Assembly: GCA_951406725.2 (NCBI GenBank)
Contig: OX597842.1
Span: 2,108,001-2,172,000 of the forward strand
Length of the DNA: 64,000 bases
Direction of reading: 5' to 3'
Origin: Octopus vulgaris
Taxonomy: Eukaryota
Part shown: positions 12,440 through 25,349 of the stretch, in pieces
Layout: each line of letters begins with the position of its first letter
How positions within the stretch are numbered: the first letter of the stretch is position 1
The notes under the pieces: model-generated
What the model saw: only the letters and a program-made list of their open reading frames with translations
Told to the model about the DNA's origin: nothing
The model's database searches: none
Made by a program: the position numbers and the translations under genes

Positions 12440-13140
12440 ATTGCATGAAAACACCTGAGAGATGCAAACTCTGGATTCACAATAGATATAGCTCACCTGT
12501 CACCAACAGTAATGGTTGTATCTGAGATGGCTGTCAAGCAAAGTGATGCCATTTCCCCAAAGCTCTTTATTGCATGTCTAGAAATGGTCATCAAGGACAT
12601 CAACTGGACAGGTGGCATGAGTGAACATCAATGGCAAGCAACTAGCACACCTCCAATTTGCAGGTGACATTATACTAGTCACTGAAACCATACAGACCAG
12701 CGGCAGACCATGCGGACAGAGCTGCACTCTCAGAGGTTGGCAGTAGGTCTTAAAATGAACTGCATGAAAACAAAATATACCTGGTTGGAAGACATAGCAG
12801 TGGGTCAAATAGAGATGGGAAGCGATGAAATTGGGGAGGTAAAGGAAGACATCTAGTTAGGGCACAGTGGATGGGATGAAATATAGATGCTGAAATAAGG
12901 GCTGGATGGATGACATTTAACTCTGTAAAGGATGTTCTCCAAACAGAACTATACAATGCCATGTGTGCCAGACTCTTCCATAATACTGTCCTACCTGTGC
13001 TCTTATAAGCAGGTGAGATGTGGGTTACTATGAAAAGGATAGCACATCGATTGGCTACAACATAAAGGGCCAGGGATAGGTGCATGCTAGGAATATCATT
13101 CGCAGAGAATATTTAAAATGAGATGGAGCAGAGAGAATGA
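12440..13140 (+). mobile_element. Degenerate RTE-clade LINE reverse transcriptase fragment
   Basis: VKQSDAISPKLFIACLE...NINGKQLAHLQFAGDIILV (QGD and FADD motifs decayed) and LFHNTVLPVLL*AGEMW, with frameshifts. Confidence 0.8.
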
Positions 13141-13154
13141 TCTGGAAAGATCCT

Positions 13155-13675
13155 AGATCTTCAGAAGAAAATAACACTTTAATTCATTGATTATAACCTC
13201 ATTTGGTGAACTTATACGTGTGCGTATGATGAAACTGGAAGGGTAGATACAAAAATGCGAGAGAAAAGATTCAACACAAATATTGTAGTTAGTTACTTTA
13301 TATTCCAATATATTTTGCAAGCAATGCTATATACCACTACATTCTGCATGCATCTTTATTACATCCTTCAAAATTATATAATCATTACATGTGTTTCACT
13401 AGTGTGTACTAGTATGTTACGCAGTAATTGTTACAGAGATGATTCTGTAACCCACCATAAAAAATATCAGATCTTCAGAAAAAAATAATTTAATCCAGTT
13501 TATTTCCAAATCAGTTGGTGAACTTATGTGTGTATGAATGATGGAATTGGAGCAGAAAAATATGAAAATGGTAGAGAAAAGACTGAGAACTAATATTTCT
13601 GTTAGCTAATATTTTCGTATATTTCCCAATGAATATAATAAACCACTGCGTTCTGCATGCACAGTTATTGCACTG
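13155..13675 (+). repeat. Diverged direct duplication, period about 314 bp
   Basis: gatcttcagaa...ttggtgaacttat...gagaaaaga...accact.c.ttctgcatgca occurs starting at about 13156 and about 13470. Confidence 0.7.
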
Positions 13676-14290
13676 TTATTTTTTTATCTCATTCTTTCTT
13701 TGATCTCTCTTATTTACCAACCAATTCTGAGCTCATTTTATTCTTCAATATATACTATATATTTTATATTTATATTTCAATTTTTTTTTTTATATTTCGT
13801 ATTTTAATACGAAGACCAGTTCATTTAACGATATGACTGGGAACATATCGAAACTAAACTGAAGTGTTTCTTTTCATTTTGTTTTTTTGGGCATCAGTTC
13901 ATATAAATTTCAATTTGCAAACATACATACATGTAGGTATATGTGTAGGTTGTATTTATATGTATTTATGCACACTTATATATATAGATATAAATAAACA
14001 TATATATATATATAATGTACATATTATGTAGAGTGTATTATTGTAACTGGTCTGATTTCATATACATTTCAATTTGCATATATTTGTATTTATTTATTTA
14101 TGTATGTATGTATGTATGTATGTATGTATGTATATATGTATGTATGTATGTATCTATACACATATTGATATACAAACACACATATATATAGATATATACA
14201 TATATATCTGTGTGTGTATTTGTGTATGTATATACATGGATATATATATATGCATATATATATATATATGCATATATATATATACATACA

Positions 14291-14335
<45 letters not shown>

Positions 14336-14555
14336 GTATATGAATGATGTATGTATGCAAGCATACGCTTACATATGTGAGTGTGTGTACATTTATATGT
14401 ATATATATTTATATATTCATCTGTGTCTTTCTGTGTGTATATACTTATATTTACATTAAAGTCAGTCATTATAAATGCATCCATCATGATGAAAATTTAA
14501 TTTTCTGGGCTTGACACCTGCTTAGGCGTCTTAAAAAATGGTGTGTGTGTATATA

Positions 14556-14623
<68 letters not shown>

Positions 14624-14719
14624 CACATACATACATACATGAATCTATGTATGCATGTGTATATGTATTTACATACATAATTGTATGAATCTGTATGTAG
14701 GCATGTATGTATGTGTATA

Positions 14720-14785
<66 letters not shown>

Positions 14786-15136
14786 TACACACATGCACAC
14801 ACACATATATATATGTATATATTTATACACACACACATGCATGTTCTTATATAAATAAATATCTTATAATCTGTTAGAAAGCTCTGTGTGATGTAAATAA
14901 TAATACATGCATGCATACATATGTAGGTATGTATGTATATCCATAGGTATGTATATGTGAATTTATATATGTATATATATGTGTGCAGCTAATAATGAGG
15001 CAGAAGAGTCTGTTAAGTAGTGTACAAAGAAGCTCTGGATTTAGTGAAATCATCTTGGTTTTCAGAGAGGGTAAAACAGTTGCATGGTGGCAATTGAGTC
15101 TTTTATCAAATGAGAAGAGAGAGAATCTCAGTCAGA

Positions 15137-15660
15137 GGTGTGGCTGTGTGGTAAGAAGCTTGCTTCCCAACCACATGGTTCTGGGTTCAATCCCACTGCA
15201 TTGAAACTTGGACATGTGTCTTCAACTATATCCTTGAGCAGATCAAAGCCTTATGAGTGGATTTGGTTGACAGAAACTGAAAGAAGCCTTTGGTGGTTCT
15301 CGGCAGAACCAACAAAGGCAAGGCGAAATGCTTAGCGGTATTTCGTCTGTTGCTACATTCTGAGTTCAAATTCCGCCGAGGTCGACTTTACCTTTCATCC
15401 TTTCGGGGTCAATAAATTAAGTACCAGTTACGCACTGGGGTTGATATAATCGACTTGATCCGTTTATATCCTTGTTTGTCCCCTCTGTGTGTAGCCCTTT
15501 GTGGGCAGTAAAGAAATAAGAAACTGAAAGAAGCCTATTACATATATGCATATATATCTTTTTATGTGTGCCTCTGTGTTTGTCCCCCATTACTGCTTGA
15601 CAGCTGGTGTTGGTGTGTTTACATCCCTGTAACTCAGCAGTTCAGCAACAGAGACTGTCT
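15137..15660 (+). mobile_element. SINE A interrupted by a SINE B insertion (15290-15518) with 18-bp TSD
   Basis: AGAAACTGAAAGAAGCCT at 15272-15289 and 15519-15536 brackets the family B body. Confidence 0.85.
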
Positions 15661-16134
15661 GAATACAAGGTCATATCAAAAGGTTCCCAGACTATGTTTA
15701 ATAAAAATAGCCACTTTGCACAGCAATACACCAGTTCCAGCCAACCTGAGCTGAATTCGATCTTAGAATGTGGAGATAAATGAAATGCTTCTAAGGGTTT
15801 TGTCTGATGTGCTAACAATTCTGCCAGTTCACTCCCTTAACAACAACAAAACAACAACAACCACAATAATAATAATAACAATAATAATAATAATCCTTTC
15901 TACCAGAAGCACAAGGCCTCAAATTTTAGGGAAGGGATTAAGTCGATCACATTGGTCCCAGTGCATAACTGGTACTTATTTAATCAAAAGGATGAAAGGC
16001 AAAGTCAACCTTGGTGGAATTTGAACTCAGAACGTAGCAAAGAGCAAAATACTGCTAAGCATTTTGCCCATCGTGCTAACGACTCTGTAAGCTCACCACC
16101 TTAATGTTAATTATAATATTGATAATAATGATAA

Positions 16135-16380
16135 CAATATCAGAAGGTATCAAGGGGAATATAAAGGAAATTGGAATAGAATGCCCAGTAGAACTAATAC
16201 AAAAGGTTTGCTTCCTTTGCACGGCCAGAATAATCAGGAAAGTATTAGCTGAAAAGAATGGATAGCAAGGTACCATGGGCTGCAGGTAGCAAGCCTGCTT
16301 TGCATGCAAGACTCCAGGAGTTCTAACAAAACCTGTGATAAAGAGAAATAATAATAATAATAATAAAAATAATAATGATG

Positions 16381-16470
<90 letters not shown>
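16135..16470 (+). mobile_element. R4/Dong-type non-LTR retrotransposon 3' end running into (TAA)n
   Basis: IGIECPVELIQKVCFLCTARIIRKVL matches the LQK..LLGTARILRKVL end of R4-clade proteins. A short UTR and a long (TAA)n follow. Confidence 0.65.
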
Positions 16471-16473
<3 letters not shown>

Positions 16474-17286
16474 GCTCTGATGCAATTACAGACAGTGGCT
16501 CTCATGGCTTCTGATCTTAACTGATTGGAAGTGTTATCATGTACATTGTTTTGTCTTGGTATAAAAGATGGGCTACAGCAAATATTCTGCTCAATACCAC
16601 AGATTTGCTTGTCAGTTGTTTGACCTTAACCAGTTGAGCATGTCCCTTAGTGGCTGACGATATGTGCATCTCTGATCACGAGCAGAAGTAGTGGGGGAGC
16701 ATCATAGCCATGTGTTGAGAGGAACTCTTTGAGGTTTGAATAATTCACCTCTGGAAACATGGGTGTTTTGTTCAACATCCTTAAACAACCCTTATTCAGG
16801 GACCTTTCGAGTGGGATGGGCTACTCAGCCTGAAAAAATTCTAACTGGGCCCCACCTGCAAGGTCATGTGCTGTTTATCTTCATATGAGATTACCATGTT
16901 GTGCACATATGGTTGTGATGCATGTGCCTGGTGTACCCTTATCAGACGGGTAGTCATGATGGGTATACTGGGCTTTGTATATTTGTACCCCAGTGTCATT
17001 TTGATGGCATGAACTGCTCTCTCACTCAATAATGATAATAATAATACTCCTTTCTGTTATAGGCAGAATAGCTGAAATTTTGAGGGAGGGGACTTGTCAA
17101 TTACTTCAACCCCCAGTGCTTGATTAGTATGCATTTTATTGACCTTAAAAGGATAAAGGCAAAATGGACTTTGGGCAGAATTTGATCTCAGAATATAGAG
17201 ACGAACAAAATACTGTTAAGCATTTTATCTTGCCTGCTAACAATTCTGCTAGCTCTCTGCCTTACTACTACTACTACTGCTGCTGC

Positions 17287-17330
<44 letters not shown>

Positions 17331-18266
17331 GCAACAATAGTTATGCTTATATATCCATATGCACACACATAAAAATGTGCCCACATACACATTAAACAGA
17401 TTCATAGATATATACTCTTACACACAGAGACACACACGATTGCACTCTCTATGATACAGTATCAATGACAATATTCCATGTATGATGCAAGACTTTCCTA
17501 TTCAATAGCACACAATGCCATTACAAACCAAAACAAAAGCCACGTCTGTCTATTTTTAATGGCTACCTAGTGCCATTCTGCCAAAAATCTAATTATATAT
17601 GTTAGGCTGTATAGAAAACATGATTTTTTATTTTATAATTTTATTTAATTCCATCTCTCAAATTTCCATTCATTTCTCTTGGGAGGAAACCATGCAATCA
17701 ATATGTTGTTATTACAACGGGGTTTACAGTGTGGCTTATGTACGCTAACTTATTTGTGCAATCTCACTTTTGGCCTTTGCCAAAGGCAGCAGTTGTATCC
17801 AATTGCTGTATTGATATTCTCTCGTGTTACCACAGATCAAAGAGATGTCCAAAAGTTTAAATGGGTTCTTTTAAAGCGTTTCTGCCATATTGGAGTTTTA
17901 AACTTTCCACCCCTGCCCTTCCACCTATCAGATTATGAAACAGGTATGTAAATATATGCATGCACATGTGTGTGTGTGTGTAAATGTGCATATATATACA
18001 CACACACATATATCTGTTATGCATTTAAATATGTAGAAATATATATGTGTGTATATATGTGTTTCTGTGTATGTATATCTTTACATATATACATGCACAT
18101 ATGTCAGTATATATATATGTATATATATATATGTATGTAAATAGACATAATGTAAACACCGTGCATCTTGTTTATATTAATACTGTTAAATCTCTTTCTC
18201 GCCTTGTATATATAAATATATATATAAATATATGCATCTTTATAAATTTCTTTTATATATGTATAC

Positions 18267-18304
<38 letters not shown>

Positions 18305-19266
18305 GTCTAACTACATATACGTAAACATTCGTTTTTATGTTATAATAAAAACAATTTAACATTAAACTGAAGGATCACTCAAAACATTTGCTAGAGTATA
18401 AATCTATTTCTGTGCACATACATATCTATGTATGTGTGTGTATGTATTTAGTTTGTGTTATGGTAAGAAGCAGTGTACAGTACCAGAATTTTAAAACTTG
18501 TTAAATATAATCAACTACTCCAAATCATTGTTAGAATATCAGCATAAGTGGAGCCTCGGTCGGCTACTTTGTACTGGCATTGAGTCATATAAGTTGTAAT
18601 AATGAAGTCAAGCCAAATAGTGATATCTTGGAAGGTTTTAACTGAGGAAGATGTGACGTAATGGATACATTTCCTAAGATATATTATGTAAACCTGAAAC
18701 ATACATATTAAAAAGAACAACTAGTTTTAAATCTCTGAGTGAGAGATATGCGGTAACTACTGAATAGTAAAGTTTATTTGCCAACAGAATGTGGCAGTCC
18801 TACAAGGGAAGATGTTAGTACTATTTAGCCCCAGGAAAAATATCTTTTCCATCTGGCTACTGACTCACAATTTGTGTCCGTATAGTACGAGCAGGGAAGT
18901 TTATCACTCCCATTCCTAGCCTTCATGATACTCACAGACCTAGGTTTCTGCATTGTTTCCCATCTTCAGTGTGAGACAATAACTGGCCAGTGTTACATAT
19001 TAAATGATTCCAAAATATCACTACTTCATTATTACAACTTGTATGTATATATGTATTCTTTTATTCTGTTATTTGTTTCAGCCATTTGACTGTGGCCATA
19101 CTTGAGCACTGCCTTTAGCCAAACAAATTAACCCCAGGACTTATTCTTTGTAAGCCTAATACTTGGTCAGTAAACCCACCAACATCGGTTGTCAAGCGAT
19201 GGTGGCGGAACAAATGTAGACATAAATGCTTATACATATACATATATGTATATATGTATATGTATA

Positions 19267-19631
19267 GGCGTAAGAGTGGCTGTGTGGTAAGTAGCTTGCT
19301 TATGAACCACATGATTCCGGGTTCAGTCCCACTGCCTGGCACCTTGGACAAGTGTCTTCCACTATAGCCTTAGGCCGACCAAAGCCTTGTGAGTGGATTT
19401 GGTAGATGGAAACTGAAAGAATCCTGTCGTATATATGTATATATATATATATAAAGGGAAAGTTTACGAAAATAAACAAAAGACGAAGGCAGGTGGTGTA
19501 CAAACAAACAGATGTATTAGTATAGCGCTCAGGAATAGAAAAAGTCTTTTATGTTTCGAGCCTATGCTCATCTACAGAAAGGTACACAGAAAAAACAAGG
19601 AAAGAAAAAAAATGTGTGTAGTAGCTAACGA

Positions 19632-19678
<47 letters not shown>

Positions 19679-19873
19679 CTGTGTTTGTCCTCCCAACATT
19701 GCTTGACAACCGATGGTGGTGTATTTACATTCCTATAACTTAGCAGTTTGGCAAAAGAGACTGTTAGAATAAGTACTAGGCTTACAAAAAATAAGTCATG
19801 GGGGGGTGATTTGCTTGACTAAAGGCGGTGGTCCAGCATGGCCATAGTCAAATGACTGAAACAAGTAAAAGAG

Positions 19874-19875
<2 letters not shown>
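19267..19875 (+). mobile_element. SINE A with a cassette (19450-19632) inserted in its internal (TA)n
   Basis: Head 19267-19430 and tail 19670-19875. The insert has a homologue at 45760-45846. Confidence 0.8.
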
Positions 19876-19905
<30 letters not shown>

Positions 19906-20481
19906 ACACAAAATAAATACATACACACAAATACATTAACCCATAGCTGGAGCCCTAACAGTTGCTACTGCTAAGGGTCAGAGTATACCTGGGAACAATA
20001 CTGGCTAAGAGATGGTTCCTCACTCTTCAAACTCCTGGAACTTCCATACAAAGGCCCCACTACCGGATGCAGTTTAAAGTGTTACCCAGGACATTCATGA
20101 TCAGAATTTCAGTGGAAATGCAAGTTCGCACAGGGTCCCAGTCACATGGATACACGTTTTGGGACCGTGCAATCCATAGCCGATCATCACTGATGATCTT
20201 CTGACTAATTATCTCTGCCAGTTATCAGAGCAGACGTCGCCTGGTTTTGGAAATGCTTCCATGGAAGAATTTGAATGAAAGACGATGCCTGTATGACATC
20301 TCTCCATCCATCCATCCATCCATCTCTGTTTCTCTATTTATCTATTTATATTTCTCTCCCTCTCTTTCCCTTTCTATCTAGCTATCAGTTTATCTATCTG
20401 TCTATTAATATTTCTTACTCACTATCTATCTACCTATATATATATATATGTATGTATGTATATCTGTCTATCTATCTATCT

Positions 20482-20540
<59 letters not shown>

Positions 20541-20626
20541 TCTACCTACATACACATATATTTATATCTTTCTCTTTATCTATATACATATCCATCCATC
20601 CACTATATATATATATATATATATAT

Positions 20627-20842
20627 GGTAAAGTTGCTATGGTAAAGTTGGTTAAAAAGGACGGATTTAAAACTGCTGCTGCTGTTTCTCGGAAAATGAG
20701 CATGTTATTGAAGAAAACTTTATCTCGAAAAACTGTCTCATCGTTTAGTAAACGAACCGTCACGTAAACAAATTCAAAACATTAGAGTTCGCCAGTTAAA
20801 TATACTAAAAGAAACCGTTCTGATCATTTTGGCCGCCATATT
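20627..20842 (+). mobile_element. Tc1-like transposon relic (transposase fragment plus right TIR)
   Basis: MVKLVKKDGFKTAAAVSRKMSMLLKKTLSRKTVS resembles the second Tc1 HTH. It ends in gttctgatcattttggccgcca, resembling a Tc1 TIR. Confidence 0.5.
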
Positions 20843-21199
20843 TATATATCAGCAGTGGTGCCCCAGCATGGCCATGGCCTTCGGGTTAAAACATTTTTAA
20901 GGATTTAAGGATTAAATGGGACTGAACTCAGAACCATGTGGTTGGCAAGCAAGTTTCTTACCACACTGCCATTACAAACCAAACTAATAAATATATTACA
21001 CTATAGTTTCTCAGCAAACAGGTGATTGGAATATACCCCCCACCCCACCACCACCAATGGCTTCATAGTGTTGTTGCTGTTGCTGATACAGAAAGCGGTG
21101 GCAGTGGTGGTGCAGGGGGGGGGGGGACGTCTGATTTTTTTTCAGACACCATATTGCTCAAACAAGTGCTTGCCCAGCTCAGACTACACCAGACTGTTT

Positions 21200-21900
21200 A
21201 CTTTTACGAACACCACCACCACCACCACCACCACCACCACCAACTCCACCAGCGCCATCACCATCACCACCATTATCATTGGAATCATCCACCAAACGCC
21301 TTGTTGGCCCCACCCCTACTACCATCATCATCACCATTGTCACCGTACCAACACACACACACACACATACACACACACACATACATATTGTTTCACCAGA
21401 ATAGTAATCAATCTATACTAATCAATTAAGTAATTAATGCGAAAGTAATTCTGAAGTAGATAGCAACAATCACCATCACCCCCCACCCCACCCTCATCAT
21501 CATCACCATCATCACCACCGTCATCATCATCATCTTCATCAACATTATTGTCATCATCATCATCTTTATCATCATCACCATGTTCATCATCTTCATCAAC
21601 ATTATCATCATCATCATCATCTTTATCATCATCACCATGTTCATCATCTTCATCAACATTATCATCATCATCATCACCACCATCATCATCATAGTCAACA
21701 TAATCATCATCATCACCATCACAGTTCGCAATCACATCTACCCCCACTACCACCACCACCACCACCCACAACAAAACTATCAACAACGCCTAAATTAATG
21801 GGGTGAGGGGTGGGTGGGGAGGTTGCGACTGCTGCTGCTGCTATTACTGCTACTACTACTGTTTCTACTATCACCATTGCTACCACAACCACCAACACAC
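21200..21900. repeat. (CAC)/(CAT)-rich low-complexity tract with a short internal tandem unit
   Basis: Directly visible. catcttcatcaacattat recurs three times within 21530-21662. Confidence 0.85.
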
Positions 21901-22017
21901 AACCGCCTGGCATCATTCTGTCACCTTTGCTTTGCTCAATGTTCCATATACCATTACGCACATTTGAAAGAATCACCGGGAGACATATTCTACACCATAA
22001 TGATATCACATGCATCT

Positions 22018-22050
<33 letters not shown>

Positions 22051-22150
22051 CCGGAGTAAGCACATAAATGTGAAACAAGGTGGAAAAAAGAGTACTCAAA
22101 TACCAGGGGTAGAGTAATATGCTTTATTTTAAAGCAGCAGAAAATTCAAC

Positions 22151-22198
22151 AAAATCTGTTACTCTGAGTTTCTCGTTGCTGTTCATCAGACAGTTTTT
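22151..22198 (-). ncRNA. Minimal type I hammerhead motif within a ~155-bp cassette (22050-22205) in (TA)n
   Basis: AAAACTGT-CTGATGA-ACAGCAACGA-GAAA-CTCAGAG-TA-ACAGATTTT. Stem I is good and the core intact, but stem II is eroded. Confidence 0.65.
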
Positions 22199-22202
22199 GC
22201 TA

Positions 22203-22313
<111 letters not shown>

Positions 22314-22331
22314 GTGTGTGTGTGTGTGTGT

Positions 22332-22628
22332 GGAGTCGCAATGGCCCAGTGGTTAGGGTAGCGGACTTGCGGTTGTAGGATTGCGGTTTCGATTCCCAGA
22401 CTGGGCGTTGTGAGTGTTTATTTAGCGAAAGCAACTAAATCTCCATGAGGCTCCAGCAGGGGGTGGTGGTGATCCCTGCTGTACTCTTTTGCCGCAACTT
22501 TCTCTCACTCTTTCTTCTGTTGGCCTGCTCGCTTAGCTAGCAGGGTGGTGTCATTTAAAGGCTAAAACAATGCGAAGCGCATTGTGACTAGCGATGTGTA
22601 GCAACATCTGATGGCCTGGTCAGTCACG

Positions 22629-22632
<4 letters not shown>
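22332..22632 (+). mobile_element. tRNA(Arg-like)-headed SINE family C
   Basis: TGGCCCAGTGGTTAGGG A box and GGTTTCGATTCC B box. Head and body homologous to 51920-52302. Confidence 0.85.
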
Positions 22633-22668
<36 letters not shown>

Positions 22669-22672
<4 letters not shown>

Positions 22673-22857
22673 GGTGGCACGTAAAAAACACCCACTACAC
22701 TCGCGGAGTGGTTGGCGTTAGGAAGGGCATCCAGCCGTAGAAACACTGCCAGATCTGACTGGGCCTGACGAAGCCTTCCAGCTTCACAGACCCCAGTTGA
22801 CCCGTCCAACCCATGCTAGCATCGAACGCGGACGCTAAACGATGATGATGATGATGA

Positions 22858-22861
<4 letters not shown>
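22669..22861 (+). mobile_element. RTE LINE 3' UTR fragment with (GAT)n tail
   Basis: Same family as 30233-30955. Further copies lie at 23330-23667, 45308-45616, 53950-54317 and 56800-57225. Confidence 0.8.
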
Positions 22862-22894
<33 letters not shown>

Positions 22895-23068
22895 CATACA
22901 TACACACACACATATACAGGCTTTGGGTAAAAGAAAATATAGGAGGATCGGTTAATTATGATTTCATTCAACATATTCCCCTCTCAGATTCATACACTAA
23001 GAAGGGGGAATGTGTTGAAAAACTTGGAAGGTTGGGCCTCCAACCAAGTCCTTTATGATATCCTTAAA

Positions 23069-23314
23069 GAAACCAGCACTCCCTAGTGTGTGTGTATATA
23101 TTTAGGGGTATTACAACCGTGTTTCGAGGTCTGCTACCACAACAGCTCCTTTATAGGATCCAGTTAGCTCAAGACATCATCAGGAGGAACCACGTCTGGT
23201 TTCGGCCCCTACTCCTCTACCGTTTTGACGTGCCCCCCCCCCTTTCGGAGGTGTCTTCAGCTCTGGTGTTGGGTGCATGAAGCCAGCACTCCCTAGTGTG
23301 TGTGTATATATTTA
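23069..23314 (-). mobile_element. 210-nt unit bounded by 36-nt direct repeats and carrying two hammerhead core sets
   Basis: Repeats at 23069-23104 and 23279-23314 differ by 1 mismatch. The reverse strand has CTGAAGA(23260-23254)...GAAA-CCAGACGTGG-TT, then CTGATGA(23183-23177)...GAAA-CACGGTTG-TA. Confidence 0.55.
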
Positions 23315-23995
23315 TATATATATATATCTATTCGATCGAAATCGAAATCAAATTCGATGACTGGCAACCGTACTAGTGGAGTGCTTAGAGTACCATCCGA
23401 GCTGGCTTCCATGCCAGTGGCATGTAAAAAGCACCATTTGAGCATGATCGTTACCTGTGTCACCTTACTGGCACTTGTGCTGGAGGCACGGGAAAAAACA
23501 TTCGAGTGAGGTCATTGCCAGTGTCGCTGGACAGGCTCCTGTGCAGGTGGCACTTAAAAATCACCATTTGAGCATGGCCGTTGCCAGTACCGCCTGACTG
23601 ATCCTCCCGGAGTGGTTGGCATTAGGGAGGGCATCCAGCTGTAGAAACTCTGCCAGATCAGATTGGATACTACAAAGCATCTATTTCTGTACCCTTGTTC
23701 CTACTCCAACCTCTCTCATCTAGCTCAAAGCCCCTTCCCTCACTACTTCTCTCTCCCCTCAGTTGCAGGGTCTTCTCTTGAATTTAATTTATGACTTCAC
23801 TGCTATGCTACTAGTACAACATAAAAACCACCCAATCCACTCTGTAAAGCAACTGGTGTTATGAAGGGCATCCTGCTGTAAAACCGTGCCAAAGCATGGT
23901 TTTGTGGCTGGATACATGATCGAAATCATAAGAAACCCATTCACACTATTTTGCCATGGAGAAAATTGCTGTTTACAGAAAGGTGTAAACATATA

Positions 23996-24401
23996 GGCAT
24001 ATGTGTGGCTGTGTGGTAAATAGCTTGCTTACGAACAACATGGTTCTAGGTTCAGTCCCAATGCATGGCTCCTTGGACAAGTGTCGTCTACTGTAGCCTT
24101 GGTCTGACCAAAGCCTTGTGAGTGGATTTGGTTGATGGAAACTGAAAGAAGCCCGTCGTATATATGTATATATATTTATGTGTGTGTGTGCGTTTGTCCC
24201 CCCAACATCGCTTGACAACTGATGCTGGTGTGTTTACATCCCCATAACTTAGCGGTTCGGCAAAATAAAAAAAACGATAGAATAAGTACTAGGCTTACAA
24301 AGAAAAAGTCCTAGAGTCGATTTGCTCAACTAAAGGCAGTGCTCAAGTATGGCCACAGTCAAAATGACTGAAACAAGTAAAATAGTATATATAAAAATAT
24401 A

Positions 24402-24441
<40 letters not shown>

Positions 24442-24840
24442 TGTGTATGTATATATATATATAGGTACTGGTGTGGGTTTGTGGTAGGAAACTTGCTTCC
24501 CAACCACATGTTTCTAGGTTCAGCCCTAAGGCATGGTACCTTGGGCAAGTGTCTTCTTCTATAGCCCCAGGACGACCAATGCTTTGTGAGTGGATTTAGT
24601 AGACGGAAACTGAAAGAAACCTGTCATTATGTATATATATATATATATATATATACATAAATGTCTCTGTATTAGTGTTGACAACCATTGTTTCTGTGTT
24701 TACATACCCATAATGTAGCAGTTTGGCAAAAGATACTGATAAAATATGAGCTAGGTTTAAAAAATAACGAGGTCGATTTGTTTGACGAAAACTTTACAAA
24801 GCGGTGCTCCAGCATGGCAGCAGTCTGAAACAAGAAAAAA
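23996..24840 (+). mobile_element. Two consecutive SINE A copies (23996-24385, 24463-24840)
   Basis: Family consensus. The second copy is more diverged. Confidence 0.85.
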
Positions 24841-25054
24841 AGTATATTATCCAAATCATAAGACAAAGAGATACTTAAAAGCATCTTTAACGACCAGTTA
24901 CAATTGTTTCTTTACCAACTCTACTTGACAAGCAAGTCTACACAAAACTTCCAAGTAAAAGTTTGCCGAATGCTTGCAGTTTTAGATATAAGAGAGACAT
25001 TTCATCAGACTTGCGTTAAAGGTGTGCTCTTACATCATATGATCATTTTTACTC

Positions 25055-25345
25055 TTATTATTAAGATTATCATTGCCTTTGCACAACTTCTAATGCTGGA
25101 GATGTACTATGGTGTCAATTGTTCACTACCAGTGAACTAAGGTAACACCTCTTATTTTTTGAGCACCTTCCAGAGTATTCGAGCGGTTCCAAGCAGTGCT
25201 GTTTTCTGCAAGTGCTCCACCCTTATTGCAGCCCCTATTTGTTTCATGTACTTCTCGAGATTTTTACTCACTGTTCCACAGGGTTCCAACAATTATTGGT
25301 ACTACCACCACCTTTTTCATCGATCACAACTGCTTAACCTCCCAA
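25055..25345 (-). mobile_element. R4/Dong-type non-LTR retrotransposon 3' end
   Basis: Reverse strand reads VVVPIIVGTL/GTVSKNLEKYMKQIGAAIRVEHLQKTALLGTARILWKVLKK*, followed by a UTR ending in TAATAATAA. Confidence 0.8.
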
Positions 25346-25349
25346 GCTA

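Noticed and set aside
13815-13862. GATATG/CATATC-GAAAC hammerhead half (also CTGATGA on the minus strand near 25005)
   Set aside because: The other half of the catalytic core is missing or too degenerate.
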